64,000 nt of DNA from Gemmatales bacterium. GTDB lineage: Bacteria; Planctomycetota; Planctomycetia; Gemmatales; HRBIN36. This document shows, in pieces, positions 1 through 11,026 of the stretch. A program made the position numbers and the translations under genes. Below the pieces are notes generated by a model, which saw nothing but the letters and a program-made list of their open reading frames with translations, did not search any database and was not told the DNA's origin. How positions within the stretch are numbered: the stretch's first letter is position 1; every line of letters starts with the position of its first letter. The DNA lies in assembly GCA_041640595.1 (NCBI GenBank), contig JBEPZY010000003.1, forward strand, positions 508,342 to 572,341. The letters run 5' to 3'.

Positions 1-61
1 TACGATCACGGGCTGCAATGCACATCAAGTAATGGTCGGCGCATAGCGACTGTCGAACAAA

Positions 62-263
62 GAGCGGCGGGTGTCAGCCCGCCGTGGGTCTGGGCAGTCG
101 AACGTGGTCCGCGGTATGCCGCAAATCTCTTGCAAGCGCGTTTTCGAAGCCACGGTCGGCTCACGCCGACCGCTCTTAGGTAGTTGCGTGGCTGCCGCTG
201 GAAATGTGCGTTCGTATCTGCGACGACGTTTTGTTTTTCACGGTCGGTTCATGCCGACCGCTC
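62..263. repeat. Cluster of three REP-like palindromes (consensus CACGGCGGGCTGACGCCCGCCGCTC)
   Basis: Copies at 62-88 (reverse orientation), 151-175 and 239-263. The same motif recurs near 5.4-5.9, 31.5-31.9 and 45.5-45.8 kb. Confidence 0.85.
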
Positions 264-465
264 TTGTTGCACGGCGCTACGCCCGGACACGCTTTGCGGT
301 AACTTTCAGCGGTCACCGATGTGGATTAAAATTCCAGCATCCTCGATTGAGCCAACGATCAGGTTGTCAGGGCCATCTGCGAGGAAACGAAGGGTCTGCG
401 TGTGTACGCCCCTTGCAACGCTGAGGCGTTTACGCAGGGCATCCGCGAGGAAATGAAGGGGCAGC

Positions 466-1575
466 ATGGCGATACGATTTGAATTGCTGGCACGGGATGG
501 GCAGGCGCGACTGGGTCGGCTGACGACGCCGCACGGCGTTGTCGAAACGCCGACGTTTATGCCGGTGGGCACGCAGGCTACTGTCAAAGGGTTGTTGCCG
601 GAGCAGTTACGGGCAGCGGGAGTGCAAATGGTGCTGGCCAACACTTACCATCTCGCCCTGCGTCCCGGTGCGGAATTGATTGCCCAATTGGGAGGACTGC
701 ATCGCTTCATGGGCTGGGACGGGCCAATCCTGACCGACAGCGGCGGCTATCAGGTGTTCAGCCTGGCGGCTATTCGACGGATAGGTGACTACGGCGTGGA
801 GTTCCGCTCGCACGTCGACGGCAGTTTGCTCACTCTGACACCGGAACGGGCCGTCGAGATTCAGGAACTGCTCGGCTCGGATATTGCCATGTGTCTGGAC
901 GAATGTCCGCCGTTTGACGCTGGGGAGACAGTTCTCCGCGAGGCCGTGCGGCGTACCTGCCATTGGGCGGAGCGGTGTCGGCAAGCGCATCGCCGTTCTG
1001 ACCAGGCCCTGTTTGCCATCGTCCAGGGTGGATTGGACCTCGCATTGCGGCAGCAATGCGCTCGCACCCTGATAGATATGGATTTTCCCGGCTATGCTCT
1101 GGGCGGATTCAGTGTGGGGGAACCGCCGGCCTCGATGTATCCGGTGGTGGCGGCTACTGCCGGGATGCTTCCCGAAAATAAGCCTCGCTACTTGATGGGT
1201 GTGGGTAGGCCCCAGGACATTCTCGAAGCCGTAGCTGCGGGCGTGGATATGTTTGACTGCGTGTTGCCGACACGCAATGGCCGGAATGCCCAGGCTTTCG
1301 TGCGTGGCGGTGTTTTACGTTTGCGTAACGCCGTCCATCGCACTGATCCGCGCCCGCTGGAAGACGGTTGCCCCTGTCCTGCCTGCCAGCATTACTCCCG
1401 CGCTTATCTGCATCATCTGTTTCACGCTGAGGAAATGCTGGGCCCGATCCTGTTATCCCTGCACAATATCACCTTCTATCAGCGGTGGATGGCGGAAATC
1501 CGACAGGCGATCGCTGCGGGACGATTTGCGGAATACCGTGCGGCTCGCCTTGCCCAATACGGCTCCGACAATTAG
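466..1575 (+). CDS. tgt: tRNA guanosine(34) transglycosylase
   Basis: Motifs [39 protein letters not shown] and Zn ligands CPCPAC..H; lies upstream of yajC/secDF. Confidence 0.97.
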   Translation: MAIRFELLARDGQARLGRLTTPHGVVETPTFMPVGTQATVKGLLPEQLRAAGVQMVLANTYHLALRPGAELIAQLGGLHRFMGWDGPILTDSGGYQVFSLAAIRRIGDYGVEFRSHVDGSLLTLTPERAVEIQELLGSDIAMCLDECPPFDAGETVLREAVRRTCHWAERCRQAHRRSDQALFAIVQGGLDLALRQQCARTLIDMDFPGYALGGFSVGEPPASMYPVVAATAGMLPENKPRYLMGVGRPQDILEAVAAGVDMFDCVLPTRNGRNAQAFVRGGVLRLRNAVHRTDPRPLEDGCPCPACQHYSRAYLHHLFHAEEMLGPILLSLHNITFYQRWMAEIRQAIAAGRFAEYRAARLAQYGSDN

Positions 1576-1704
1576 GATAAGCTGGCCGGTCGGCTCACGT
1601 TGATGGAGCCTCCGCAAGCCCTTCCTGGGTGTGATGGGCGGCTAAGTGTCCGGACGGCTTCCAACTCCCGCTCGGCTTTGACTCAGTAACCGGAGCACAG
1701 CTCC

Positions 1705-2130
1705 ATGATTCTTGCAACGATCCCGTCATTCTCGATGCTCACAGCAATGCCATCGGCCAGCTTTCTGCTGGCGCAACAGCCTGATCCGTTCGGCGGATGG
1801 GGTTTCTTCGTTCCCATTATCCTCATGTTCATTCTGTTCTGGTTCTTGCTGATTCGGCCGGCACAGAAACGGGAAAAAGAACGCCAGCAGATGCTGGCTT
1901 CAATACGCAAACATGATGAGGTGATCACTGCCGGCGGCATCATTGGTCGGGTCGTCGGTATCCAGGAAAAAGCGGAAGGGATCGCCGGCGGAGAAGATGT
2001 GCTGCGTATCGAAGTGGACGATGGAACCCACCTGCGGGTGCTCCGTTCCATGATCATCAAAGTCCGCGGGAAAGAAGACGGCAGCGGATCCAAATCCGAC
2101 CAATCCGCCGCCGATTCCAAAAAGAGCTGA
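1705..2130 (+). CDS. yajC: Preprotein translocase subunit YajC (exact start uncertain)
   Basis: TM helix followed by IRPAQKREKERQQMLASIRKHDEVITAGGIIG; sits between tgt and secDF. Confidence 0.93.
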   Translation: MILATIPSFSMLTAMPSASFLLAQQPDPFGGWGFFVPIILMFILFWFLLIRPAQKREKERQQMLASIRKHDEVITAGGIIGRVVGIQEKAEGIAGGEDVLRIEVDDGTHLRVLRSMIIKVRGKEDGSGSKSDQSAADSKKS

Positions 2131-2216
2131 CCAGGAAATCGCAAAAGCGGTGGGCTTCGGCTCATCGGGCTATTGGACATCGCGGTAGGTGTCCGCCTGC
2201 CGTGGAGGAGTAAGGA

Positions 2217-5200
2217 ATGCTGCGACGGTTCTTCTGGCCGATTGTCATCTGCGTGGTGCCGATCGTGGTGTCGGCCTGGATCGTGACTGCGGCAACGCTG
2301 AACATGCTCGATCCGCAGTCAGAAGGCGGCTTGCGTTTCAATATGGGCGTGGACCTGGCTGGCGGTACCATCCTGGTGTACGAAGTCGATCGCGACTGGT
2401 GGTACAACCGCCTGAGCGACAATGAACGAGCCGAGTTCGACAGCACCCGTTTAGCCAACGCGCTGAAACGCCGCATCGATCCTGCCGACTTGCAGCAAAT
2501 CACCATTCGCCCCATTCAGACGACCCCACCCCGCGTGGAAATCATTTTGCCGCTGCGTCCCGGTCGGCAGCAGACCGACATCGAGCGTGTCAAAAACGCC
2601 ATCGGTCAAGTGGGCAAGCTGGAATTCCGTCTGGTCGCCGATGTCCGCGACCGCGACCTGAACAACCGTGAAGTCGGTCGGGAGATCTTCCAGCGCGTTC
2701 AGGCAGCCGTCAAAGACTACGTTGCCGATGAGCATAACCTGCCACCGGTGCCGACAGATTATCCACCTCTGCCGGAACCTTCCCTGCTGGAATGGGTAGA
2801 GCTGGCCGAAAATGTGGTGCGCGAGTTAACCAAGCCGCGCGACGGTCAATCACCCCAGTTACCAGAAGGTTTTCAGGAAAGCGGCAACATCGCCTTCTAC
2901 CATGCCCCGACGGTGAAGCGGCACTTCCTGCTGACACGCAAACACGCCAACGAATCCCTGGCGGTAGTCGGTGAGGACCTGGCTGCGGTGTGGAAAGGTC
3001 CGGGACGACGTGGCGAACTGGTGGTGCATTTCAGCATGAAGGCCCAGGGGGCAGAAAAATTGTTCGCCCTGACCGAACCGGTTGGCCACCATATGGCGAT
3101 CATCCTCGACAACAAAGTTTTCTCCTACCCGGTGTTGCAAGCCCGACTGCGCGACGGAGGCATTATCGAAATGGGCGGTTACACGGGGAGGGAGTTGCGG
3201 GAAAAGGTGGAGGAACTGGTACAGGTACTGCAATCCGGTGCGTTACCAGCCACGCTCAACCGCGTGCCGGTCAGCGAAATGAGCATGGGGCCGGGCCTCG
3301 GTCAGGACACCATCCGTGCCGGTCGCAACGCGGTGATATTGTCGTTTGTGGCCGTGGTCGTGTTCATGATCATCTACTACCGGTTTGCTGGGCTGGTGGC
3401 GAGCATTGCCCTGCTGGCCAACCTGTTGATTACGGTAGCGTTTATGGTCTTTTTCAACGCCACCTTCACGCTCCCTGGACTGGCCGGGCTGGTGCTCATG
3501 CTCGGTATGGCCGTGGATGCCAACGTGCTCATCTACGAACGTCTGCGCGAGGAGCGCGATCGCGGAGCCAGCCTGGTTCTGGCTCTGCGCAACGGCTATG
3601 AACGGGCTCTGCCTACCATCCTCGATACCCACCTGACCAGCATCTTTACCGCCGTCGTCCTTTACGTCGTTGGCAACGACCAGCTGAAAGGTTTTGGCGT
3701 CAGCTTGACCGTCGGCTTGATCATCAGTCTGTTTACTGCGCTGTACATGACGCGGGTGATATTCAACATCTGGCACCATAAAGGCTGGCTCAAGAATCTC
3801 AGCATGCTCCGCTTCTTCCATCAGCCGAACATTGATTTCATGCGGGTTCGCTATTACTGGTTCACGGCGACGGTGGTGCTTTCGATCGTGGGAATGGCTG
3901 TCTTTATCGTTCGCGGTGAAAAGGGACTGGCCATTGATTTCACCGGCGGCACCGGCTACCACATCGTCTTCAAAGAACCCAAGTCCATTGACGAAGTTCG
4001 TCGGCGGCTGAGTGAGCAGGAAGTTCTGCCGGATGTGACCGTGGATGCACTGTACCGGGGTGGTGAAACCTTCGGCAACACCCGCGAATTTATCATCCGC
4101 ACCACCCTGCGCCGACCGGTTCAGGACCCCAGCGGGCGAACGCTGATGGTCTTCGACCCCGAAGAGGTCAAACGCCGCGTCATGCAGACCTTCGGCGACG
4201 AACTCGATTATGTGCAGGTACGCGCGGAAGTCAGAGAGCTCAAGGACGAAAGCGGTTATCGCTGGCAGATCGAGTTGACCGATAGCGATCCGCCGGTGCC
4301 AGCAGAAAAATTGCGTGGCATCGTGGCGGAAGGCGAGACACCGACCCTGGCGCAATTGCGTCAGGCCGATGTCAATCGCATCTTCCCTGTGACCAGCACG
4401 CGCGTCAGCGGCGTGGTATCGCGATGGTTTGCCGATCAGCAGGTGCCCAGGCCGGATCAATACTACACCGTGCAAGACACTGTGCGCGAAGAACAGACAC
4501 CCGACGGTCAGCCCGGCTGGCGACCGGTAACGCTGCTCCGCCTGCGTTTCCCCGAAAGTTGGACTCAGGATAACCCGCAGGCGCTGGTGCAACATCTGAC
4601 CGAATCACTGAGCGGCCCCAAGTCCGAACGCCTGGAAAACTTTGACAGCCAGGTGGCACGCGAGGTGCAGCTGACGGCGATGCAGGCGATCGTGTTGAGC
4701 TGGCTGGCAATCATCGGCTATCTCTGGTTCCGGTTCGGCAACTGGACGTTTGGCGTGGCGGCAGTGCTCTGTCTGATTCACGACGTGCTTTTCTCGGCAG
4801 GCCTGGTCGGAATAGCGTCGTATTTCGCAGAATATTTCCCCACGCTCGCCAGCTGGCTGCTCCTCGAAGAGTTCAAAATGGACCTTTCGGGCGTGGCGGC
4901 ACTGCTGACGCTCATTGGTTTTTCCGTCAACGATACCATTGTGGTGTTCGACCGCATCAAGGAAGTGCGCGGCAAAAGCCCGATACTGACGCCGCAGATG
5001 ATCAATATCAGTGTCAACCAGACGCTCAGCCGCACTATTCTGACCTCGCTGACCGCATTTTTAGTGGTCGCGGTGTTGTATGTTCTGGGCGGGCCGGGAG
5101 TGCATCTGTTCTCGTTTATCATGATGGTCGGCGTGGTAATCGGTACGTACAGTTCCATTTTCGTGGCCAGTCCACTGCTGCTGATTCTGGGCGAAGGCCA

Positions 5201-5243
5201 ATCGGCAGAAGCAACTCGCAGCCCCGTGGCAACGCGGGCATGA
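2217..5243 (+). CDS. secDF: Fused protein translocase subunit SecDF
   Basis: SecD motifs GVDLAGG and GMAVDANVLIYERLREE; SecF motifs IDFTGG and GFSVNDTIVVFDRIKE, all in one ORF. Confidence 0.95.
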   Translation: MLRRFFWPIVICVVPIVVSAWIVTAATLNMLDPQSEGGLRFNMGVDLAGGTILVYEVDRDWWYNRLSDNERAEFDSTRLANALKRRIDPADLQQITIRPIQTTPPRVEIILPLRPGRQQTDIERVKNAIGQVGKLEFRLVADVRDRDLNNREVGREIFQRVQAAVKDYVADEHNLPPVPTDYPPLPEPSLLEWVELAENVVRELTKPRDGQSPQLPEGFQESGNIAFYHAPTVKRHFLLTRKHANESLAVVGEDLAAVWKGPGRRGELVVHFSMKAQGAEKLFALTEPVGHHMAIILDNKVFSYPVLQARLRDGGIIEMGGYTGRELREKVEELVQVLQSGALPATLNRVPVSEMSMGPGLGQDTIRAGRNAVILSFVAVVVFMIIYYRFAGLVASIALLANLLITVAFMVFFNATFTLPGLAGLVLMLGMAVDANVLIYERLREERDRGASLVLALRNGYERALPTILDTHLTSIFTAVVLYVVGNDQLKGFGVSLTVGLIISLFTALYMTRVIFNIWHHKGWLKNLSMLRFFHQPNIDFMRVRYYWFTATVVLSIVGMAVFIVRGEKGLAIDFTGGTGYHIVFKEPKSIDEVRRRLSEQEVLPDVTVDALYRGGETFGNTREFIIRTTLRRPVQDPSGRTLMVFDPEEVKRRVMQTFGDELDYVQVRAEVRELKDESGYRWQIELTDSDPPVPAEKLRGIVAEGETPTLAQLRQADVNRIFPVTSTRVSGVVSRWFADQQVPRPDQYYTVQDTVREEQTPDGQPGWRPVTLLRLRFPESWTQDNPQALVQHLTESLSGPKSERLENFDSQVAREVQLTAMQAIVLSWLAIIGYLWFRFGNWTFGVAAVLCLIHDVLFSAGLVGIASYFAEYFPTLASWLLLEEFKMDLSGVAALLTLIGFSVNDTIVVFDRIKEVRGKSPILTPQMINISVNQTLSRTILTSLTAFLVVAVLYVLGGPGVHLFSFIMMVGVVIGTYSSIFVASPLLLILGEGQSAEATRSPVATRA

Positions 5244-5442
5244 CATGCCCGGCTTTTCCTTCGGAACGGGCGATTAAGACCAGCAGGCAAAAAGTGCCGT
5301 TTTTGTGCTGTTTCCGCGAGGTACAACGCAGACGTCGACCACGAAAAAGGGTGGTCGTGGTGGCTCGAGGTTTTTGTGCTGTTCATGCGAAGTACAACGC
5401 ACACTGCGGGACTGCGGATTTCGTTACCGGCGAATAAAACCA

Positions 5443-5880
5443 CCACGGCGGGCTGACGCCCGCCGCTCTGGGCTGTCCGTCTGGCAGTTGCCGAACAATG
5501 CGCGGTTTTTGCGTTACAGCGTTGGTATTGCCTACCCACGGCGGGCTGACGCCCGCCGCTCTTTTTCGGCGTGCGTTTGTACATAGCAAAAGTCGTTTTT
5601 TCGCCGGCAACCGTTCGCGCAGCAATTCAAGAGCGGGGGGCGTAAGCCCCCCGTGGGTTCGCTACCGCTACTGCACCGGCGTTCGTGAGCATGGTGCCGG
5701 CAGTCTCCCGCGACTTTGCGGCAACGATCCCGCTAGTACGTTTTCCGAACCCACGGCGGGCTGACGCTCGCCGCTCTGGGCTGTCCGTCTGGCAGTTGCC
5801 GAACAATGCGCGGTTTTTGCGTTACAGCGTTGGTATTGCCTACCCACGGCGGGCTGACGCGTGCGGCTCTGGGCTGACGC
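5443..5880. repeat. REP-like cluster (BIME/REPIN-like) between convergent genes
   Basis: REP copies at 5444, 5537, 5631 (inverted), 5752 and 5845. A block of about 108 bp at 5443-5551 is duplicated almost exactly at 5751-5860. Confidence 0.88.
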
Positions 5881-5978
5881 TCACCTCGCCGTTTCGCGTC
5901 GCGCAGCTCGCAGCGAACGCGAAAAACGTCTGCCGTTTCTGGAAACGCTTGTGTCCGGCTCGACGGTGGAGGTTTCGC

Positions 5979-8408
5979 TTATCGTCCTGACCGCGCGCTG
6001 CTGGCGTCCGGATTGGTCTGAGCCAGGAAGCAGTCCCGGAGTCCCGCCGGCTCGAGGGTGTTCGGCTGCCGGCGTTCCGGATTGGTATGGGCTTGCACGG
6101 CCGTCCAGGCCAGCCAGGCCGCTACCAGCACCAGCAGCATGACCAGCGACCTTCGCCACCAGCGAAGATGCAACCGGCTGCCGCTTACACTGCCGAAAAT
6201 CCCGCAGGCGGCACACAACCCAATCAGCACAGTTACCAGGCAGGTCTCCAGGACAAATAACCAGCGGCGGCTCGTCGTCGGACGGTCCAGCCATTGCGAA
6301 ATCAGCTGGCCCAGACTGTCATTGGCAGACAAAGAGGAGCCTGGAACTCGGCGTGGTGGCTGGCCTGGCACAAATGGCGGGGTTGGCGAAGTCAGTACCG
6401 GCGGGTCGGTTTGTTGCTGACGGGCGTATTGTCGCAGGCGTTCCACCAGGGAGCGTTCCAGGCGACAGGCCTGACGGTGAGCGTGAGCCAGTAGGAGGGC
6501 CTGGTCATGATCCTGACAAACCAGGCCGTCCGCCAGCGAAAACGGGATTGCCTCATCGCTCTCCGACCCGTTTGGTGAAGCGGAACACCATTGCGTTCGG
6601 GCCGGGATCAGCTCGTTGCACCCCTGTGCAGGCATTGGCATGACCGACGAGGTCGGCCCACGCTGATCCGTAATTGTGTCGAATGCGAATGCGGCAAGAG
6701 GAACACCGAGGGGCGTGTGCTGCCAGCCAACCGGTTTGCTGCCGCCAGGTTCGAGCTTCCAGTGCAATTGCAGGGGAGTCAACAGCCCGCGGGTATCGCG
6801 CAGGTGCAGCCAGACACCGGACGGAGCATTTGCTGGCCGACGTAACCGCGTCTGGTAAACGCTCACGAATGTCGGTGCATTCGCGGTATCGTTGCCCGGC
6901 CGAACTGCATAACGGCGACGTTCCAGCCCGACTTCGGGAGCCAGCTGGTGCCCAAGGTCATCGGTCATGGTGATTTTCACTTCGGTGATGAGCTCCAGTG
7001 GTCGCAGTTCGCGCGGCTCGACGGGAATCACCTGAACGAACAATTCCTCGGGTTGCGGCAAAGGTAAGCAAGCTACCGCCGGCAGATAGGCAAAGCTGTT
7101 CATAGGAAGCCGCACCTGGCTGATGCAACGGCTGAGACTGCCGGACTCAATGGGCACTTCAATTTCTGGCCACGCTTCTCGATTCCCTTCCTGTTTGGGG
7201 AGCCGCACTGTCCATTGCTGCAAGTGCTGCAAAGATTCCACGGGCACCCGATCGCGGCCAATAACTTGCACATTGTTCGTGGCGGCATTTTCAAAACCTG
7301 GTCGGATTTGTTGCGGAACCAGCAAACTTTGTGGCCCGGCCGGAGAGGCAACCGTCGCGTTGTTGTTGACCGACGTCGAAGGAGGCATCGCAGGAGCATT
7401 TCTGACCGCATCTGCCAGCGCCTGGCGAGACAGGTTATCGTGTTCCCAACGGCTCAGCGGAAAATCCAGAATTTCCACCTGAGCCAGGAATCGGTCTGCC
7501 GGACTGGCAACCACCCGCACAACGGCAAACCGTTCGGCCAGAGAAAGCCCGGCCGGGAAATTCTCCTGCCTCGCGGCCCCCTGGTTAGCGGCGCCAGCGG
7601 ACCGGCCTTGCGGTTTGCCACTGTCAAGAGCCAGCGCTCCTTTTTCAGCCGCAGGCCGATCCACGGCAGGTCCGGTACCGCTCCCGGGACGGCCTGGAAA
7701 CGCACCTTCTGCTGGCGCGCTTGCAGGCGCTTGCAGTAGCGAACCGGCCTGTCCACGCGGTAAGCCAGCATCGGCCTGCTGAACGGGTGCTCCTGGCGAC
7801 AATTCAATGCCCCTGCGAAGCTGCTTCTCCGTTGGCGAATGGGCTGATTGCGGTTCGGCCTCACACAGGGGCGATGCCGATTTATCCGCCGAGCGAGGAG
7901 CGGCACCAAACTGTCGAACCGGAGCGCGGATTGGCTCGGTTGATGTCAGATTCTCCGGCTCAGCATAACCCGTTAGCGGCCCAGACGATTTTCTCGAGCC
8001 GCTTTCCAGCGCACTTCGGTCCGGTGGAGAAGAACGCATGGCCCAGTCGGGAGCCAGGTGGCTAGTCGAGGTCGCCAACCAGATGGCCAGACCGCACGCC
8101 AAGAGCAAACAGGCGGCCAGAAGCCATAGCGGTAAATGCTCCTGAATCCAGCTCGCCCACGCCGGCTTACCCGCTTCTGTTTGCTGCGGTGCCAGTACGG
8201 ACAGAGGTGGAGCCTCGAATCGGACATCTTCAAACGACCAGCAGGCAGCTTGCGCCAGCCAGCGCTGCTCCTGGTAAGCGCGTTCCTGAGCCGACTGGCA
8301 GGCTGGACAGTCTGCCAGATGCGCTTCCAGGTCCCGACGCTGGTCCTCTTCCAGCAAGCCGTACAGGTGCTCCAGCAGCAGTTGCTGATACTCGGTGCAG
8401 TTCTTCAT
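5979..8408 (-). CDS. Large membrane-anchored zinc-finger (zf-HC2/ZAS) anti-sigma factor
   Basis: N-terminal C..HLADCPAC motif and a TM helix near residue 95-115; ATGA overlap with the ECF stop; two C-terminal hydrophobic helices. Confidence 0.75.
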   Translation of the reverse strand: MKNCTEYQQLLLEHLYGLLEEDQRRDLEAHLADCPACQSAQERAYQEQRWLAQAACWSFEDVRFEAPPLSVLAPQQTEAGKPAWASWIQEHLPLWLLAACLLLACGLAIWLATSTSHLAPDWAMRSSPPDRSALESGSRKSSGPLTGYAEPENLTSTEPIRAPVRQFGAAPRSADKSASPLCEAEPQSAHSPTEKQLRRGIELSPGAPVQQADAGLPRGQAGSLLQAPASAPAEGAFPGRPGSGTGPAVDRPAAEKGALALDSGKPQGRSAGAANQGAARQENFPAGLSLAERFAVVRVVASPADRFLAQVEILDFPLSRWEHDNLSRQALADAVRNAPAMPPSTSVNNNATVASPAGPQSLLVPQQIRPGFENAATNNVQVIGRDRVPVESLQHLQQWTVRLPKQEGNREAWPEIEVPIESGSLSRCISQVRLPMNSFAYLPAVACLPLPQPEELFVQVIPVEPRELRPLELITEVKITMTDDLGHQLAPEVGLERRRYAVRPGNDTANAPTFVSVYQTRLRRPANAPSGVWLHLRDTRGLLTPLQLHWKLEPGGSKPVGWQHTPLGVPLAAFAFDTITDQRGPTSSVMPMPAQGCNELIPARTQWCSASPNGSESDEAIPFSLADGLVCQDHDQALLLAHAHRQACRLERSLVERLRQYARQQQTDPPVLTSPTPPFVPGQPPRRVPGSSLSANDSLGQLISQWLDRPTTSRRWLFVLETCLVTVLIGLCAACGIFGSVSGSRLHLRWWRRSLVMLLVLVAAWLAWTAVQAHTNPERRQPNTLEPAGLRDCFLAQTNPDASSARSGR

Positions 8409-9007
8409 TCCAGCAAATCCCGCTTCAGTGATTGGCAATCGTGGGCAGGTTGCGGAGCGAACTGTTGCAGAGCCTGGCGAAGTTTCGCCAGGGCACTACG
8501 CATTTGCGTTTTCACGGTTCCCACCGGCACGCCGCGGAGCTGGGCGATCTCCTCATAAGTCAGATCGGCGTTCTGCCGGAGCAGGAACACTTCCCGTTCG
8601 TCCTTGCGAAGCTCGGCAATGGCTCGTCGCAGGTGTACCAGGAATTCCTGCTGTTCGGTCTGGCAGGGTTGCGGGGGATCGGCGGCCGCGTAATCGCAGG
8701 CATCCTCGAGCGGTCGGCGTCGCTGATACCAGCGGTTGCGGCGGTTGTCGCGAGCAGTATTCAGGGCTATGCGATAAATCCAGGCACGTAGATTCTCTAC
8801 CCGCAGGACTTCTTCGCGGTGTCGCCAGCATTTGAGGAAGGCTTCCTGGGCAATATCGTGGGCATCGTCGCGGTTGCCGACGTACAGCGTCAGGGTGCTC
8901 AGCAATTCGTCCCGCATGCGGTTGAAGGCTGCCAGTAACAGTTCCCCGGCGGCAGCGCTGTCGGATGCCTTCGCCATGCTTGGCCTGCTCGCGACCGCCC
9001 GCTTCAT
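8405..9007 (-). CDS. ECF-type RNA polymerase sigma factor (start uncertain, 9007 or 8977)
   Basis: Region 2 DAHDIAQEAFLK..WIYRIALN and region 4 LTYEEIAQLRGVPVGTVKTQMRSA. Confidence 0.92.
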   Translation of the reverse strand: MKRAVASRPSMAKASDSAAAGELLLAAFNRMRDELLSTLTLYVGNRDDAHDIAQEAFLKCWRHREEVLRVENLRAWIYRIALNTARDNRRNRWYQRRRPLEDACDYAAADPPQPCQTEQQEFLVHLRRAIAELRKDEREVFLLRQNADLTYEEIAQLRGVPVGTVKTQMRSALAKLRQALQQFAPQPAHDCQSLKRDLLE

Positions 9008-9215
9008 ATCCCACCTGTATGACGAATACCACCGCAGATTGGATTGACCCCTGGCGGTTTCCGATTCAACGGCACCGCTTCCTCTGGGCCGGACAAACGC
9101 TGGCCAATCCTGCATTCCTTATTTGCTATTCTTGCCAGACTGTGCGAGATTTTCCAGCGGCGCCAAACAAGCCAGGTCACAGGCGAGTTGAATTTCGGCG
9201 ACGTCGAAAAATTTC

Positions 9216-9243
9216 TTGACAACAGCAATCCGGCCGGTCAGAT
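9216..9243 (+). promoter_or_regulatory. Possible sigma70-type promoter for the esterase
   Basis: TTGACA with an AT-rich upstream tract; weak -10 (TCAGAT) at a 16-bp spacer. Confidence 0.3.
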
Positions 9244-9513
9244 TGATGGCGCAGGGTCTGCGGAGAGCGAAAACCTTGCGGCGAGCCTCGCTTTCGCCCC
9301 ACCAGGAGCCGAAAACGTAACCGTCCGCGGCTGGCCAGAACGCTGCGGCGAAGTCGTGCGGCTGCGAAAGGGCCTGCCGTTGCCATTTCGCACACGGCTA
9401 CCCGCAGCTTGGCAACATCTTCGCCGGTTCGGCCACGAGACTGCGGCAACCAGAGTCGGTATAACATCCATCGCCTGGCTTGACCAACCCAGACAACAGC
9501 GGGAGAAGACACC

Positions 9514-10671
9514 ATGAGCCACACATCCTCGCGGAGTGTGAGTTTTCACGCGGGCAACCCAGTTTGCCCAACGCAGCGGCCGATTTGCGCGACGGATGAT
9601 TGGCGTTTCTGGCTCGTGAAAAGTCTGCTGGGCCGTGGCTGGCTGGCCCTTCTGATATTCGCCGGGTTGATTCAACTGAATTGGCCGGTTTATGGTACCG
9701 GTTTTCGCTGCCGGCCGCTTCCGGCGCTGCATGGTACCCTGCTCGATTACACAGACCGGCACGTCGTGGACCGGCGGATTCATTCTCCGGCACTGCAGCG
9801 GCCGCAATCGCTGTATGTGTATTTGCCGCCGGAATACGATCCGCAGAAAAGTTACCCGCTGGTGATTTATCTGCATGCGGGGATGCAGGATGTCGAAAGT
9901 TTCCTGCCGGTCGTGGCTATCCTCGACCAGCTGGTATCGTGCGGTCAGCTACCGCCCCTTCTGGTAGCAGCACCCGACGGCAGTTTGTGCCCTGGACAGT
10001 TCGGGAGCTTTTTCATCAACGGCCCAGCCGGGAACTACCACGATTGGGTCGCCGAGGACGTGTATGCCTTCGTGACGACGCGGTTCAACGTTCGTCCGGA
10101 ACCAGAAGCCCACGCCCTGGTCGGAGCCTCGATGGGCGGATTCGGTGCGTTCAATCTCGCCCTGAAACATCCCGACCGTTTCAAGACAGTGGTTGGGATT
10201 ATGCCGGCGTTGAATCTGCGCTGGGTCGGCGCCTGCGGTTGTTATTTCGATGATTTTGATCCGCACCATTGGGGCTGGCGACAGAGCATGGCACCACCTT
10301 ACGAACCTGTTGGCCGATTCGGGCCTTGCGGCATTGTGAAGTTGCGTGCCCGAGACGTCATCTACCCGGCTTTCGGAAGCGGCGAGGAGGCTTTCCAGCG
10401 CATCCAGGCTGAAAACCCCATCGAGTTGCTGCTCCGCAGTTCGCTCCAGGGCAACGACCTGGCCATGTACATTGCCTACGCCGGTCGGGATGAATTCAAT
10501 CTCGACGCCCAGGCGGAAAGCTTCATTTACGTCGCCCGGCAACGCAAGCTGGACCTGACCGTGGATTTCCATCCCTATGGCCGACACAATCAGCAAACGG
10601 CAATGCGGATGTTACCCGGTGTAGTGCAGTGGTTGCGACAGCGCCTCGCTCCTTACGCTCCGAAACCCTAG
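9514..10671 (+). CDS. Alpha/beta-hydrolase, putative esterase
   Basis: YVYLPPEY, GASMGG nucleophile elbow, late His (GRHN); N-terminal hydrophobic segment. Confidence 0.85.
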   Translation: MSHTSSRSVSFHAGNPVCPTQRPICATDDWRFWLVKSLLGRGWLALLIFAGLIQLNWPVYGTGFRCRPLPALHGTLLDYTDRHVVDRRIHSPALQRPQSLYVYLPPEYDPQKSYPLVIYLHAGMQDVESFLPVVAILDQLVSCGQLPPLLVAAPDGSLCPGQFGSFFINGPAGNYHDWVAEDVYAFVTTRFNVRPEPEAHALVGASMGGFGAFNLALKHPDRFKTVVGIMPALNLRWVGACGCYFDDFDPHHWGWRQSMAPPYEPVGRFGPCGIVKLRARDVIYPAFGSGEEAFQRIQAENPIELLLRSSLQGNDLAMYIAYAGRDEFNLDAQAESFIYVARQRKLDLTVDFHPYGRHNQQTAMRMLPGVVQWLRQRLAPYAPKP

Positions 10672-11026
10672 CCCCCAGCGTTGCGGTGGACCTGTCGCTC
10701 ATCAGCGACACATCGCGTATCGGCGAACAGGACGGAGCGACTAACACGCAAGCAAGCCGTCGAAGTTGCCGCGTTCATATCGAGGAAATGGTAGAACTGT
10801 GGCCTGGATTGATGCTCCGCCTATCGGCAGCGACTTCAACAGACCGTGTAAGCCAGGGAAAGAACAAAGCTGTTGACCTGACGGATGCCTCGCATTTCGG
10901 CGGCACTGTCAACCGGTTGGGTGTGCGGAGTTGGAACCTTGTGGGCGAAGGCAGCGTCAAAAAAATAGCCCGCCGAGTGTTGCCACCCGACGGGCATGCG
11001 GAGGCAGGGACCACCGCAACAACCGC

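Noticed and set aside
3243..4595. Long antisense ORFs (also 42808-44022, 53959-54810, 38947-39894)
   Set aside because: Shadow frames of GC-rich or repetitive genes on the opposite strand, with no recognisable motifs.
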